Assembly: GCF_009914755.1 (NCBI RefSeq)
Contig: NC_060937.1
Strand: one strand, 5' to 3'
From: the human T2T-CHM13v2.0 reference genome, Homo sapiens
DNA: 64,000 nucleotides
Shown piece by piece: positions 40,502 through 57,349 of this stretch; positions within the stretch are counted from its first letter, which is position 1; each line of letters opens with the position of its first letter. The position numbers and the translations under genes were made by a program. The notes below the pieces were generated by a model. The model was given only the letters and a program-made list of their open reading frames with translations. It made no database searches and was not told the DNA's origin.

Positions 40502-41195
40502 CCTTTAAACTGTTGGTGGGAATGTAAACCAGTTCAACCATTGTGGAAGACAGTGTGGCTATTTTTCAAAGACCTAGAACCAGAAATACCATTTGATCAA
40601 GCAATCCCATTACTGGGTATATATCCAAAGATATATAGATCATTCTATTATAAAGATACATGCACATGTATGTTCATTGCAGCACTATTCACAATAGCAA
40701 AGACATGGAATCAACCCAAATGCTGATCGATGATAGACGGATAAAGAAAATGTGGTACATAAGCATCATGGAATATTATGCAGTCATAAAAATGAATGAG
40801 ATCATGTCTTTCTCTGGGACATGGATGCAGTTGGAAGCCGTTATCCTCAGCAAACTAATGAAGGAAAAGAAAACCAAACACCACATGTTCTCACTTATAA
40901 GCAGGAGATGAACAATGGGAACACATGGACATATGAGTGGGGAGGGAGACTGGAGCCTGTCGGGGTATGAGAAGAGGGAGGGAGAGCATTAGGAATAATT
41001 GCTAATGGATGCTGGGTTTAATACCTAGGTGATGAGTTGATCTGTGTAGCAAACCATCATGGCACATGTTTATCTATGTAACAAATGTGCACATCCTGCA
41101 TATGTACCCTGGAACTTACAATAAAAGTTGAAGAAAAAAAGAAAATAAATAAATGAATAAATAAGAACATAAAAAAGTTTAAATATTAAAAAAAA
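40502..41195 (+). mobile_element. L1PA15/16-like 3' end with A-rich tail, 5'-truncated
   Basis: ORF2 C-terminus (WKTVW..LEPEIPFD.AIPLLGIYPK), 3' UTR, aataaaagttgaag and A-rich tail. Confidence 0.92.
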
Positions 41196-41201
41196 ATTGA
41201 G

Positions 41202-41352
41202 AGTTCTTCTCACTTTCTATCTCTCTCTGTCCCAAACCTCTGTATTCCTGGTCTTCATGAGTTGCTAGTGAACATTTGACAGTTCTTTTTATCACTGTCT
41301 ACTGCCCTCCTCTGTCTCAAACCTTTGAATTCCTGGTCTTTATGAGTTACTA
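41202..41352. repeat. diverged ~79-bp tandem duplication
   Basis: agttctt..tcact.tcta...ctctgtc.caaacct.tg.attcctggtctt.atgagtt.cta occurs twice (41202, 41281). Confidence 0.85.
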
Positions 41353-41454
41353 AAGTTACTAGAGAAATATTTTTGTCATCTAAATTTCAAAATTGTAGGG
41401 GACTATTGATTCCATCTCAGTAACTAAAAAAACTCAAGCCCAGTGAAGTTTATG

Positions 41455-41489
41455 TACACACAGGCACACACACACACACACACACAGAC
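41455..41489. repeat. (CA)n microsatellite
   Basis: acacacaggcacacacacacacacacacacagaca. Confidence 0.9.
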
Positions 41490-41854
41490 AATCTAGAGAA
41501 ATTTATATGCATATATTTATATATAAAGTCCCTTTCATATTGTACTATCATTGTCTATCACCTCTAAATTTATTTTCTGTCACTATAACAATTTAAATCT
41601 CCCTGTAAAATATAAATCTCACAGTAAGCAATGGACGCAGGTAGACTGGTATGGAGTGCAGAAAATGAATACATCTTCAACAAATGAAATAAATGCCACC
41701 TACTCCACAAATTTCACCTAGATGTGGCACTCTAACATTGTTTGGACCTCTCTTAGAACATATGCTTGTGTGTTTGTCTAAAAATCCCGCATATTTGACA
41801 GGAACAAATCACTTTTATCTGTACCCATAGCAACTCTATAGACATTTAATATGC

Positions 41855-42080
41855 AGTGTGAAGAAGTATAACAAAGGGGCTAGAAGTGTTGACTTTCTGA
41901 CCCACGTGCCTGGTTTTACATACTAACTCTAACATATACCAGCTTCGTTGCTTTGAACAAGTTGCTATGGTTTAGTTTCTTTATATGTAAACTAAATCTA
42001 ACTAGTCAGATTGTTTTGTTGACTCAATAAATTATACTAAAGTGTATGGATATGCAGTTCATTGTATATATCATAATTGT
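41855..42080 (+). mobile_element. MIR SINE
   Basis: tgcctggttt...taactctaacatataccagct...ctttgaacaagtt...tagtttctttatatgtaaa. Confidence 0.6.
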
Positions 42081-42299
42081 TAAACTAAAAAGCATGTAGG
42101 TCAGATTCACTTGAGAGAGTAGGACAATAACTGCCTAGCGTTATTATTATTTATTCTGATTGTCTACTCAGGAAACCCAGGAAAAAGGTACAGAGTATTA
42201 AATATGAAAATAGACTGCAACAGATTTTTGGTCTGATTTTAATTAATTTTAAAAATTGCATTGATATGCTCCAGTCTTAAAGCACTAGAATATATAGTT

Positions 42300-43500
42300 T
42301 ATAAAATTAAATTATTTAAATAAAATCAAAATTATAAGTGGTACAACGATAAATCTAACAATGGACTTCTATAATATTTATGAAGAAATTTCAGAAAAAT
42401 ATATAGATGACCTAATTAGTAGAATGATAACCACGTTCACGGGTAGGAAGAGTCAGTACGGTAAAATTGTCATTTCTTCCTCGAACTAATCTATGAAACT
42501 AGGGCAATTTTAATCAAAATGCGGAGAGAATTTTTCATGAGACTTGAAATGTTGATTCTAGGGAAAAACAGAAGAACAAGAAAACTAATCATGTTTAGAA
42601 GAAGCACAAGATTATAGAATTTCCTTACCAAAAAGCTAGACATATTATCAAAGTACAGTAATGAGGAAATGTGGTATTTACACAGGAATAGATAAATATG
42701 GCAATGTAACACACCTGAGAACCTACATTTATATTGCAGGCAATTGGAAAAAACTCATATTTTCACAAAATGGTGCTGGAACAATTAATTATCTATTTAC
42801 AAGGGAGCATCAGAATATTCTTTCCCACACACAAAAGTTCAGTTGCTAGAGCTTAAAGAAGGATTTAAATTAATAAAGTTAGAGCTATGGCCAAAAAGAT
42901 TAGTTAATGTATTTCTTAAATAACACTAAAAGCAGCACAAACATTTAAAATAAATACATTTTTATATTAAAATATAAAATTCTGTTTATGAAAAGACATC
43001 TTGAAAAAGAAAAAAGCCACTTACTAAAAATACATTTGCAAATGTACAGCTAACAAATATTAGTGACCAGAACATAAGTAAACAACTTCTACAAATCAGT
43101 ATCAAGATATTAACAACTCACTAGAAAAACTGGAAACAGTTAAAAACATGTCATCAACAGAATAGAAAATACAAATGGTAAATAAACATATTCATGGATG
43201 TTCAACTTCAGGAGAAATAAGAAATTTCAATAAAAATTATGATGAGATGTAATTTCATCTCCATTAGAAACAGAACAATTTTTAGGGTCTAACTTTGGCA
43301 AGGATGTGGAGCAAAAAGAACTTTAATATGCGGCTGGGGAAAGTTATATGATTGTAATTATCTGGAATAATTTGAAAAATTTTAGTTTATTTGAAAGTGT
43401 ACATGCCCTGTGACTAAATTTTACTCAGATCACTTAAAGACTTTTTAGAATGTATATCAAAATACAGGCAAAATTATAATCATAGCAAGAGTATTTGTAT
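42300..43500 (+). mobile_element. old L1M(E) ORF2 3' region
   Basis: ggtaaaattgtcatttcttcc...aaaatggtgctggaacaatt...catttgcaaatgtacagctaacaaa...ttggcaaggatgtggagcaa. Confidence 0.75.
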
Positions 43501-43859
43501 TTAAAAAAAGAAAAAAGTACACACTACATTTTTAGCAGTGGTGATAAGGAATAGAGTAGCAAAATAAACTAGAATAAAATAAACTAGAATAAAATTCGGA
43601 TACATATATATTTTAAAAAGGAAATGTATTAGAAAAAGAGTGAAGACAGTATTTTTAAAAGTCTGGTTATATAAATATTTATATAGATAAATTACAGATA
43701 GATTCATATACAGATGCAGATGGAAGACAACAAAACAATTGTTAAATATTCATCTTGGGTGGTGCAATAATCAGTAATTGTTTTTATGTTTTTCTTACAT
43801 ATAGTGGTCATATTTTTACAATATCTATCATTCTTATAAAAATATTTGTTATAACATAA

Positions 43860-44197
<338 letters not shown>

Positions 44198-45014
44198 GAC
44201 ATCTAATGGATTTTTCTACTGGATATATACCATATATGTATATGCATGTGGGTGTAATAAAATAAAACTTTGGTGAGCACTATTTTTCAGAAATTTTACA
44301 CGTTATTACTTTTAATATCTACAACTGCTGATCGGATAGAGAGCCTTGCTCTCACTTTGCATATAAGAAAATCGCCCATTGCTTTTTGTAAATAATAAAT
44401 TGCTGAGCTCCTAATTCTGATTTGCGCTGAATACTGAGAACTGAAACAAATATAATCTTTTCCCCATTGGTAAAAAAAAAAGTGAGAACAAGCAGAAATA
44501 TCTTAGCTATTACCTCCAAAATAAATATATTTGATCTTGGAGCATAGGTCTGAATCAAATAAAACAGATGCATCATGAAGACTGCCAGCTTGCTCATGCA
44601 GGCTCCCTCTACTTTCCGTGTCCACCTGGTCAAAGCTAGCATGTCACAAAAGCAACCTAATACCAGGCCATTGCCTACCTTACAAACACCACTGTAAAAT
44701 CACACAGTCTAGTTTCTCCCTTACTTTATTAGGTTACATAACTTCCCTTTGATTGATCAACAGATTGTTTCGGTGCTTTTTGGAAGAAGCTCGCAGTTGT
44801 CAGTCCAGTATACTATTTTGCATTTTGTTTCTATATGTCTAAGAATAGATAATTTTATACTTTCCTATTATTTTTCCAACTTTCTCTCTTTTTGAGACAT
44901 TTTGCAAAATATTTTCTCAGTTGTTGGAACAATGGTTTTATTAAATACGTTAATTAAAAATTGTGATTGATTTTTAGATAAAAAATTATTTTCTAGTCTT
45001 CATGCATCAGAAAG

Positions 45015-45386
45015 TTAATCAGTGGTAATGATTATATATGTTCCTAATTTCTCCTTTTCTTGGCTAGATTTACATAGAAAATGTGAGCTAAAAATATTTT
45101 TCTTGGTATTCAAAAAGATCATATTTTTGGAGGATGGAAAATAATGCTGAAGAAGTTTTTTTTAATTTAAAAGAGATATGTTCTCTAGATCTCATACGTC
45201 TCAGTGTATATTAATCAGTAGTAATGATTATGTATGTTGCTAATTTATTCCTCTCTTGGTTACATTTGACATAGAATATGTGAGCTAAAAATATTATTCA
45301 TACTATTTAAAAGTGATAGTATTGGTGGAAGAGGAAAGATAATGCTCTTTTTTAATATAAAGGAGACATGTTTTCTAGATCTCATA
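45015..45386. repeat. diverged ~196-bp-period tandem duplication
   Basis: copies 45015-45196 and 45211-45386 share ttaatcagt.gtaatgattat, acatagaa.atgtgagctaaaaatatt, ataatgct, tctagatctcata. Confidence 0.9.
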
Positions 45387-46129
45387 AGACACTTTGAGAC
45401 ACACACCTTTAATCAATTTGGACCCATGTAATTTGATTCCTTTATTATTTACATACATGGTGCCTGAGTTATGCTCCTCCTTATAGCCTTTAATTGATAA
45501 CATCTTTCTGATAATTATTGCAGAATGTTACATTTGAGGAAAGGTAAAGGTACAAGCACTGGATACAGAATGCTAAATATCTTTCAACTTGTATCACTTG
45601 GTTGTGTCTATGTAAAGTATGTGTTATAGAATAAATCTTTATGGTTATTTGAAAGGATAGCAGGAATTGGGACTGAGCATGCTCTTCAATGGCTGATCTT
45701 TGGGTTTCTTCTCCTTCACTGATTAACAAAATGTGGTTTTCTAATTTCTAGGAATCTCAATTCTGTCATACTACCCCCTGATGTTACTCTAGTAATCTTA
45801 TAATTTTACTATGAATGTAATTCCTATTTTCCTTGATTATCAGATAATAAATCTTCCATAGTAATCATTCCTTATCACAAGTTGCACTGGAAACATCTTC
45901 CACAAGTCTTCACCTGCAACCAGATTTCCCACTCTCCACTCACCCTGTCAGCCTTTGCCAGTACTCCTTACAACTCTAAGCCCATGTGCTTTTCAGAGAA
46001 GCATCCTTCTAAATACATGTTTTTACTCAAATACTCAAGCAAAACCTATTTATTCATTTAAATGTTATCCCCCTTAAGATGAAAAAGTGGTCAACATTTC
46101 CTTGCTTCTAAAAGCCATTACAAATTGTT

Positions 46130-46422
46130 CCATCTTGGCCTTGGAACTTTTACTCATGGCAGAACGTAAAGCAGGAGCAGACACAGCATATGGTGAGATA
46201 GGGAGAAAGAAGAGAAAGTGGGGAGGTGCCATACTCTTTTAAGCAACTAGATCTTGCTGAACTACCAGAGCAAAAACTTACTCATCACCAAGAGAATAGC
46301 ACTAAGCCATTCATGACGGATCTGCCTCCATGATCTAATACCTCCCACTAGGCCCCACTTTCAACATTAGGGATTACATTTCAACATAAGATTCAGAGGA
46401 GACACACATTTAAACCATGTCA
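46130..46422 (-). mobile_element. MST (A/B-like) MaLR LTR, partial
   Basis: cttttactcatggcagaa...actcatcaccaag...aagccattcatga...cctcccactaggccccact...catttcaacataagatt...aaaccatgtca. Confidence 0.88.
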
Positions 46423-48144
46423 AAACATTCTTTGGAGATCATGCTCCCTCACTAAACTACCTTCATCATATAGCATTATCATCATGTAGATATCAGGATG
46501 TCTTCCATAAATGTAAGAAGGTAATACTGTTACCATTTTTTGATAGTATTTGCCAAATACTAACCAAATCTTTGAAACACTCATTTCAAGATATAAATTC
46601 ACAAAGTATGTCTCATATTTTTGTCTGAAGACTACCTCTATGATCTCTAGAATAAGGAAATCCATCATATTTTCAAAATGAGAAAACAATTTCCATGTTT
46701 AGCAAAGCAAATTTTCAAAAATCCAGTATATTAAAACTAATAGCAGGAATTAAGTGAGATGGAGGATTGCACAAACCTTAGATTAGAAGTCCGTAACTAC
46801 AAAACACTATGTAAATAACCTGCATGTGAAACGACACTTGCAGAATATCACAGATTGATTTCTGTGAGAATTGATTTCTGCAAGAATAAATTGAATTGAT
46901 TTAAAGGATAGATTAATACATGGGTAGTGTTGATGGACTTTTCCACAGCATTTGTGTGAGCAATGAAACATTATTATTCTCTGGCCAAATCGTGGAAAAC
47001 AGGAAGGATTTTAACAAACGGAAATGTAGATGACACATTATTTCTAGAGGATGTAAATGCATGAGGAAGGGAAAGCATAAGCCATGTTTATTTTCACAAA
47101 GGTTATAAATAGTGAGTAGATACTACCAATGGAAAGTGGTTTAGATCACATTTTGAAACACTCTGAAGAGGTTTTTTTTAGCTTAATTTAATCAGGGGAT
47201 TTTGATCAGAGATGTGTTTTAGAGAGATCAATCTTCAAGTGGAACTTTAAAGGGTGAATTAGAGCAGAAAAAACAACTGGTGTTGGCAAGCTAATTGTCA
47301 ATCAAGCCTTTACAAGAGTCAGAGTGAGAGGTACAGAAAAGCTGATTTGGGATGAGGACAATGGGAAAGAAAACAGGAAAGGAAAGGCACACAAAAACTT
47401 ACTTAACAACTGTCTGGAAAATAGAAGTTAGAAGAGAGAAGGCATGGTTTTATTTTTAATCATAAAATAGAAACTGATTAAATCAAGCTTTTCATTTTTA
47501 GGTCATACGTATGACATTCATTTTGATAAGTTGCTATTTAGATGACAGTGTGCTCATTTATTTAAAAATATTCTTATATTGAAAATATAGCTTGAGAGCT
47601 ACCAGATCTAAATGCAGTATAGTGATGAACAACTCGTATACAAGACAATGTCTGGTCAAAGTAAAACCCAGGCTGTCCAGGTCACAAACAATTCATAAAC
47701 ATACTCCATTTCCTAAAATTTTTCCATTTTTCTCTCTTGTCAACTTTGGGCTTTATTTCCGTTTTTTTTTTTTTTTTTTTTCATCCTGTAGTCTGCTCCT
47801 GAACAGCTATAATAATTCAGTGGTTTTGAACATCAGTACTTTTCCTTGGTAATGGCTTTAAATACAGCTTTTATTTAATGAATTTAATTAGCTTGTAGCC
47901 TCTTTGGGCAACAACTTTACCTAAATTTACCCAGAGATTCCAGCACCAGAACCAAACTTCAGCCAGAATGTCTAATTCTGCTCACCTCTTTTCCCTATGA
48001 CTTTATCCCTATCCCCATAAAACTCTACAAACAGAGTGTCGGGCACCAGACAGGAGATAAAGAGAGTAGCCAGGGCTAAAATATGAATATATTGAAATTT
48101 CTTCCACAGAAGGAATAATTGACATTTTGAGTCATAGGCCACCA

Positions 48145-48588
48145 TTTCTGGTTGAATTTTGTCTCTTGAAAAAAAAATATGTCAAACTTCTAATTCTATC
48201 ACCTGTAAATGTGATCTTATTTGGAAATAGGGTCTTTGCAGAGATCATTAAGATAAAGTCATACTTTTTTTAGGGTGGGCCCCAATCCGATGATTGCTAT
48301 CTTTGTAAAGAGAGGGAAATTTAGACACAGACACACAGGTGAGGCTATGTGAAGATGGAGGCAGAAATTAGAATGATGTATCTATAAGGAAAGGAATGAC
48401 ATAGTTTGTTGGCAATCACCAGAACCTAGAAAGAGGTAAGGAAAGATTCTTCCTCTTGTGCCTTCAAAGAGAGCATAGCCCTGTTGACAACTTGATTTTA
48501 GACTTCTAGACTCCAAAACTGAGAGAATAAGTGTATTAAGTCACTAGTTTGTGCTATTTTGTTTCAGCATCTGTTAGAAACTAATACA
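48145..48588 (+). mobile_element. MLT1C-like MaLR solo LTR
   Basis: aatgtgatcttatttggaaatagggtctttgcaga...gtgaagatggaggcagaaatt...cttgattttagacttctagactcca...gaaactaataca. Confidence 0.88.
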
Positions 48589-49621
48589 GCTGTAGTGGCA
48601 TTTCTAGTATTTCAAACCTTTCCATATATTTGTGATATATTTTCCTGAAGAATCTTGTAAGATCATTGTAAGAACATGTGCAGTTCTTTTGACATCCTCC
48701 ATCTTGTTATGATGTCTCATTTAATGAAATATGTGTTTTCATTGATTAATTTATTGTAACTTCTAGCCACATACACTGCTTTCAAAATTGGGTGTTGTAG
48801 TTTTAATATCTTAGGGAATTTCCACCAGAGTCAAGAGATGATATGCATGATCTAAGTAGCATATTTATGACTGCTATCATAATCACATATTGTGAATGAT
48901 AAAGTCACCTTGCAATGGCTCTATCTCCCCTCCCTAGACTTTGCAATGTAAAGTAGAAGGGTAACATAGCTTTCAATTTCTGAAAAAAGTGACAGAGAGA
49001 TGATAGTTATAGATAGATCATAAGGTGATTGCTTCTGTAGAATAACATCACAAGTTCTTTTTTTGGCAGAGGTATAAGTAAAAGATGGGGGAGTGGGTTC
49101 AGTGATATATTTATGTTAGAAATAGTAAAAAAAAATTAAAAGATGCTGAGAAACTTCCTACACAATAAAATCAAAACAAATAAACATCTTTATTTTATTT
49201 GGAATACAAAGAAAAAAGACTGATTTTCTGATAATGACTATATGTGTACTAGCTTCAGAAGTGGGTTCTTTTATTCAAATAATTAAGAACATGGTGAATA
49301 AGGTAAAGTGCTAATACTAAGGATGAAAGAAAAAAATCAAGCATAGGCCTTGATTTGATGGGGCTCTCAAGTCGAACTTGTTTCCAGGAAAGAGATTGGT
49401 AGTAGGAAATGCATAATCCTGAAAAAAAGTCTCAAAATCAGAAGTGTTTCTAAGGTTGAGAAAATAAATTGCTAATTTGATTTATGTCTTTCCTAAAAAT
49501 GGAATCCACTCTCCTGCCATTATGACGTTTATATTGTATCACTATTTGGAAAGAATATAGCATCATTTTAACTAAATATTATATTTGCAAATTCAGACCC
49601 AAGTCTAAAATTATATTTTAA

Positions 49622-49925
49622 ATATATTCATTTAAGGACAGATTATTTAGTGACTATCTATAGAGTACTTTTTGTGCTTAAGACACATTCTTAAGTGATT
49701 AGAATATAAAAAGAAACAAAATAGATTAAAAGACACTTGTCAATAGATAACAAAAATACATGTAATAACTAAATATATGGCACTGAAATCTTAAGAAGGT
49801 TTTACATCCTATGTGAAAATATAGAGCAGAGTAATGGAGATTTTAATAATTAGGGTGATATCAGGTTTTAAATAAGATGGCAACGTAGTCTTCATTAAGA
49901 AAATGACAGTTGAACAAAGTCTCTC
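49622..49925 (-). mobile_element. L2 3' end
   Basis: attcattt...attatttagtgactatcta...cttcattaagaaaatgacagttgaacaaag. Confidence 0.55.
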
Positions 49926-51028
49926 TGAGGCACTTGGCAAGATCTAAATGAAGTAAAAGAAGCTGAGCTTACTTTATTTTTAAAATCCTAAGTAAGGAAC
50001 AAAGGTTTAGGGCCCTTTGGCTGCCAACCATGAGGATATGAGCATGTATTTTGATGAAGGCACTGCATCTGTCTCTGAGGATCCCATTTAGACTAAAGAA
50101 TTAAAACATTAGGCACAGTTTGTACTAGAAAAACAGTGAATGTATTACTTCAAAAGTGATCACATTCCCTTTGAGGTGTGTGAATACAGAATTTAATTAA
50201 AAGTATCACAATTAGATAATCAGTAGTCTGCCACTGAAGTTATTACCATGCAGAAGACACAGGCATTACCCTTTGGAAGACATTTTCTCACTGCACTGCT
50301 TAATTTCACATTATTTTTCCCCTCAAACTTGCATATTCTAGGAAATAGACTAAATAATAAAACTGAAGCAGAATTGTACTACTGAATGTGCTAAATACCT
50401 AACAAAAACCAATCCTTTAATGTATAATAAAAAACAAGTAGCAGATAAAAAATATAAAGATCACTTTTTGTAATTATCTTTCATTTTTTTTAAAAAAAAA
50501 GCATTCTAAAAATTTTAATTCCCAAGACAATTAGGTGTTAGTGATAAATATAGTATTATGTCACACAATTGGCCTAACAAGTGAACAGCTCAGTAGATTA
50601 TGAGATATATAATATATATATATCAAAATCTGTAATATATATATATGTAATGGAGCTATATATTATATATTATGTATTATATATATAATGGAGATATCTC
50701 CATAATATACATATATAAACACATATATATAAATAAGGTAACACAAAACAGAAACCCTGCATAAAATATCTAAAAGAAAAAAATAGTAAACACCTCTGAA
50801 CAAATTAATCATTTTATATGTGTATAATGAACTTAATGCAAACAACTTTACAATGCAATTCCAGGTGTGATAGCTATGCCTGTAATCCTAGCACTCTGGA
50901 AGACTGAAGTGGGATGATCACATGCGGTCAGGATTTTGAGACCAGCCTGAGCAGTATAGTGAGACCCCAATCTCCACAAAAACAACAACACAAATTTGCC
51001 AGGCATGGTGGTAGTCTGTAGTCCCAGC

Positions 51029-53571
<2,543 letters not shown>

Positions 53572-53587
53572 TCAAAAAGTAATACAA

Positions 53588-53839
<252 letters not shown>

Positions 53840-54458
53840 GCAATACAAAAATGAAACAAAAATAAAAATAAAATAAAATGCAGTTTAGTTGGTTTACTTT
53901 GTTTCTTCACCCCTTTATCTCCTTAAAGGTTGTTCTCATTAAAGTGTTATATTAATTACCCCTTATTTCACTGAGTAATTGTCATATTGAGGGCTTAAGC
54001 AATCAAGGCAATTCTTTTTATATTTTTTTTTTTACCAAGAACAAAATCTACTATCAAAGCATGCACATTTTTATGAACTGTGGGTCCACATTCAGTTTTA
54101 GAGAATCACATGGTCACAGGTCTGAATAATAAAGGAACATAAATGTAAAGAACCTATTTCTATTTGAATATTAACTTTCTTTTTTATTGGAAATATTGAC
54201 ATAATCACTGATTTTAGTAAATTATTTGTACAATGCAAATTTCATTTTGGAAAAGTCTATAAAGGTCATCTGGTTCTCTTTCATTTGTAAAATTTGACCT
54301 GGACTTTAGGAATATTCTGATAGTGTAGGTGGTGTTCTAATTAAATAGCTGCTCTGACACTCTCAAGTTGTTATAGGATTCAATATATGAAAACATTTTG
54401 TGTATTTCAGTAAATATTTTGCTCTCTTTCTTCTACTACACACTTATAATATAATGCA

Positions 54459-54761
54459 TTTTGTTTGTTTGTTTGTTTGACGGAGTCTCACTTTGTTGTC
54501 CAGGCTGGAGTGTAGTGTCTGTTCTCCGCTCACTGCAACCTCTGCCTCCCAGGTTTAAATGATTCTCCTGCCTTGAGAAGCTACGTGTGAGTAGCTGGGA
54601 CTACAGGCACGTGCCACCACACCCGGCTAATTTTTTGTATTTTTGGTAGAGAGGGGATTTCACCGTGCTAGCCATGATGGTCTCGATCTCATGACCTCGT
54701 GGTCCACTTGCCTCGGTTTCCCAAAGTGCTGGGATTATAGGAGTGAGCCACCGTGCCGGCC
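54459..54761 (-). mobile_element. AluS with (TTTG)n tail
   Basis: gacggagtctcact...gtctcgatctcatgacctcgtg...gagccaccgtgccggcc. Confidence 0.93.
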
Positions 54762-55107
54762 GCAAGATTTTCAAAACGGATAATTTTCTTCTTTTACACA
54801 ACTTTATTTTTACACTTTGATCATCCTCTGCTTCCTTAAAGCATGTTCTATGGCAAAACACAGTATTATTTTTAAATATCAGATTATTTTCTTCTTTCAA
54901 ATTGAAATTTGTGTATCTATGTGTCCACAAGTGCATGTGTTTGCAGATCTTTCTCTCTTATATTGATAAACATAAGGCATTGCATATATTTATCACAATT
55001 TATTTGTTTATATCTTATAAAACAAAGTGATAAGAAAAATAGCTTAGATGATGCCAACTTCTCCACTGAGAAAGTAAAGTCTAACATCATCAAAATACGT
55101 AAAAACT

Positions 55108-55314
55108 GGCCATACACGGTGACTCACGCCTGTAGTCTCAACACTTTGGGAGGCTGAGGCACACAGATCAATCGAAGTCAGGAGTTTGAGACCAACCTGG
55201 CCAACATGGTAAAATCCTGTCCCTACTAAAAAATACAAAAATTAGCCAGCATGATGCTGCTTGCCTGTAGTCCCAGCTACTTGGCAGGCAGAGATTGCAG
55301 TGATCCAAGATCAC
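55108..55314 (+). mobile_element. AluS, internally deleted and 3'-truncated
   Basis: ggcc...ctcacgcctgtagtctcaacactttgggagg...cccagctacttggcaggcagagattgcagtga. Confidence 0.88.
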
Positions 55315-55934
55315 TTAGGAGATCAATATAATTTTGAAAATAATTCATATTAGGAAACATGAGATATATGGAGAATAGATGCTAACATTCTGAGAAAAAC
55401 ATTTAAAATTCAATTTTAATGTAGTAAAAGATGCAATTGGTTGATTAAATATATACTTGACAAGCAAGTGTATAGTGGGCTTTTTTCCCCGAAAACAAAA
55501 ATATTCATTATAACAAAAAAGTCCACAATATAGTGATGTGTGGCTTGTCAGTCAGATCCTCATTTTATTAGCTTGCCTTAATAACGATCTCAATGAGGAT
55601 AATGAACTTTCTTCAGACCTTCAACTATGTGTCTTAATATTTTCTAGATAATGTATATTATCTGGAGAACAGTTTTCCAAAATATGTTATGGGAATATAT
55701 TACAACCTTAGGACTTCATGAATTACATAAAACACAATTTTTCAGGTATTTGAGGGTTTGAAATTTGTTCTGATGGGTATTTTTCATTTTCATTTTATTC
55801 TTATGAGAGGAAATACAAATAATGATGCCATTTAAAAATATTATTAAAGCAGTGGTACAATCAGATTATTAAATTAGCTTCCGCAATCAGACAGAAATAT
55901 ATTGAAAGCTGCCTTCATTTATTTTCTCTGCTAG

Positions 55935-56080
55935 TTTGAGCTTCAGTTTCCTTATATCTAAAATTTATAATAATAATAACAATAATAGTATCTAATTCAT
56001 AAGGATGTTTTGAGGATTTGATGAAGTAATAAAAGTAATCTCAGTAACTGTTTCACAGGACTAAATAATTTTGAATGAAT
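55935..56080 (+). mobile_element. MIR fragment
   Basis: gagcttcagtttccttatatctaaaat...ataatagtatcta..tcataaggatgttttgaggattt. Confidence 0.7.
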
Positions 56081-57152
56081 AGGTTTTTCATTTACATTAT
56101 TGATAAGGATTGCGTAAATGTTATCTCTCTAATTATTCATTTATTTATCATATTGGAGACCAACTGGGCTAGTTGAATATATAGATACTAATGGAAGGGT
56201 AGTAGTTCTTTTCTATATAATAGCCTAATAAAGAATTTTTTAAATGTCATCTGGAATGGAGGCTAATAACCATGAAAGGTGTCTGGTAATTCTATTGATG
56301 AGGTCTTTCCATTAGGCTCTTGCAAAGAGGAAAATGTGAGGCTCTTTATGCAGGATAGAGAAACTTGTGCTTTCACTCCCCCCCTTACAATATGGAATGA
56401 GATGGTGGATATTTTAGTGGGAGGACTGTAAATAAAATGATGCCTAAGTTATACAACACTTTCACAGAACATGTTTGTCACTGGCTTGTTCTTTAAGTTA
56501 CTTCAGACAGTTCATTTTTTACCCCCAAACTGAACAGTTTCAGTCTTTCTCTTCCTTTCTCACTCACTCTCTCTCTGAATGCTTTCTATGAGTGCTTTGT
56601 GTCTGATGTTTTAGGTGCAGTTCATTTTTTTGTAGTGAATAGTGTTCTTGTGTATTCATGACAGAGCCTCACGTATTTACGACTGTTTTTCTTTCCTCAA
56701 TCTCTGACCAAGAAGAGAACGAGACCTGATGAATGTCAAGTGACTAGGAGATATAAATACCAAGTTGGTCTGAGTGACACAAGAGAGGTGAATTATTGAA
56801 CATAAATGGATCATGTCAACAAAGAATTGTGACTGGAATTTGTAATGGTTTATACTTTTTCCTTTTTAGTAATCACAAATGGCAAAAATACAGATACTGT
56901 ATTTAAATCTTTAAAGCAGAACAATAAATAATTACTAACCAAATAAAATACACATCTTAGTAGCATATTCTGAATAATTAAAAGGAAATCTGTCAGGTAA
57001 AATATATGTCTTGCTTACTTTTAATTTTATATAAATATTTAAACATTGGCTTTTGGACTCACAAGATATTTAAGCCCTATACGTAAACAATTCATTATTG
57101 ATAAAATTAAAGGGCATATATGTTTGTTCATATAAACATCCTTATTATTCTA

Positions 57153-57349
57153 GTAAAAATTGTTTAGGTTCTTGTTAGTTTATGTACATAGTAATAACTA
57201 TATAGTATAGGAATGTATATGCACACACACACCATATATATAATTAAAAGAAATATACTCTGTATATAGTATGTGTGTGTATATGTATATAGTATGTGTG
57301 TTTGTGTATATATATATATATATAGAAACAAGAACCTAAACAATTTTAC
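57153..57349. repeat. 21-bp perfect inverted repeat around TA/TG-rich low-complexity DNA
   Basis: aaaattgtttaggttcttgtt (57156-57176) and aacaagaacctaaacaatttt (57327-57347). Confidence 0.9.

Noticed and set aside
28722-40911. ORFs resembling L1 ORF2p
   Set aside because: Broken fragments of truncated L1 copies; no intact L1 is present.
50688-50703. 16-bp palindrome atggagatatctccat
   Set aside because: Embedded in TA-rich low-complexity sequence; most simply a local fold-back with no evidence of function.
56763-56776. agttggtctgagtg resembling a Y RNA 5' end
   Set aside because: Similarity stops after ~14 nt; no Y RNA body or complementary 3' stem.
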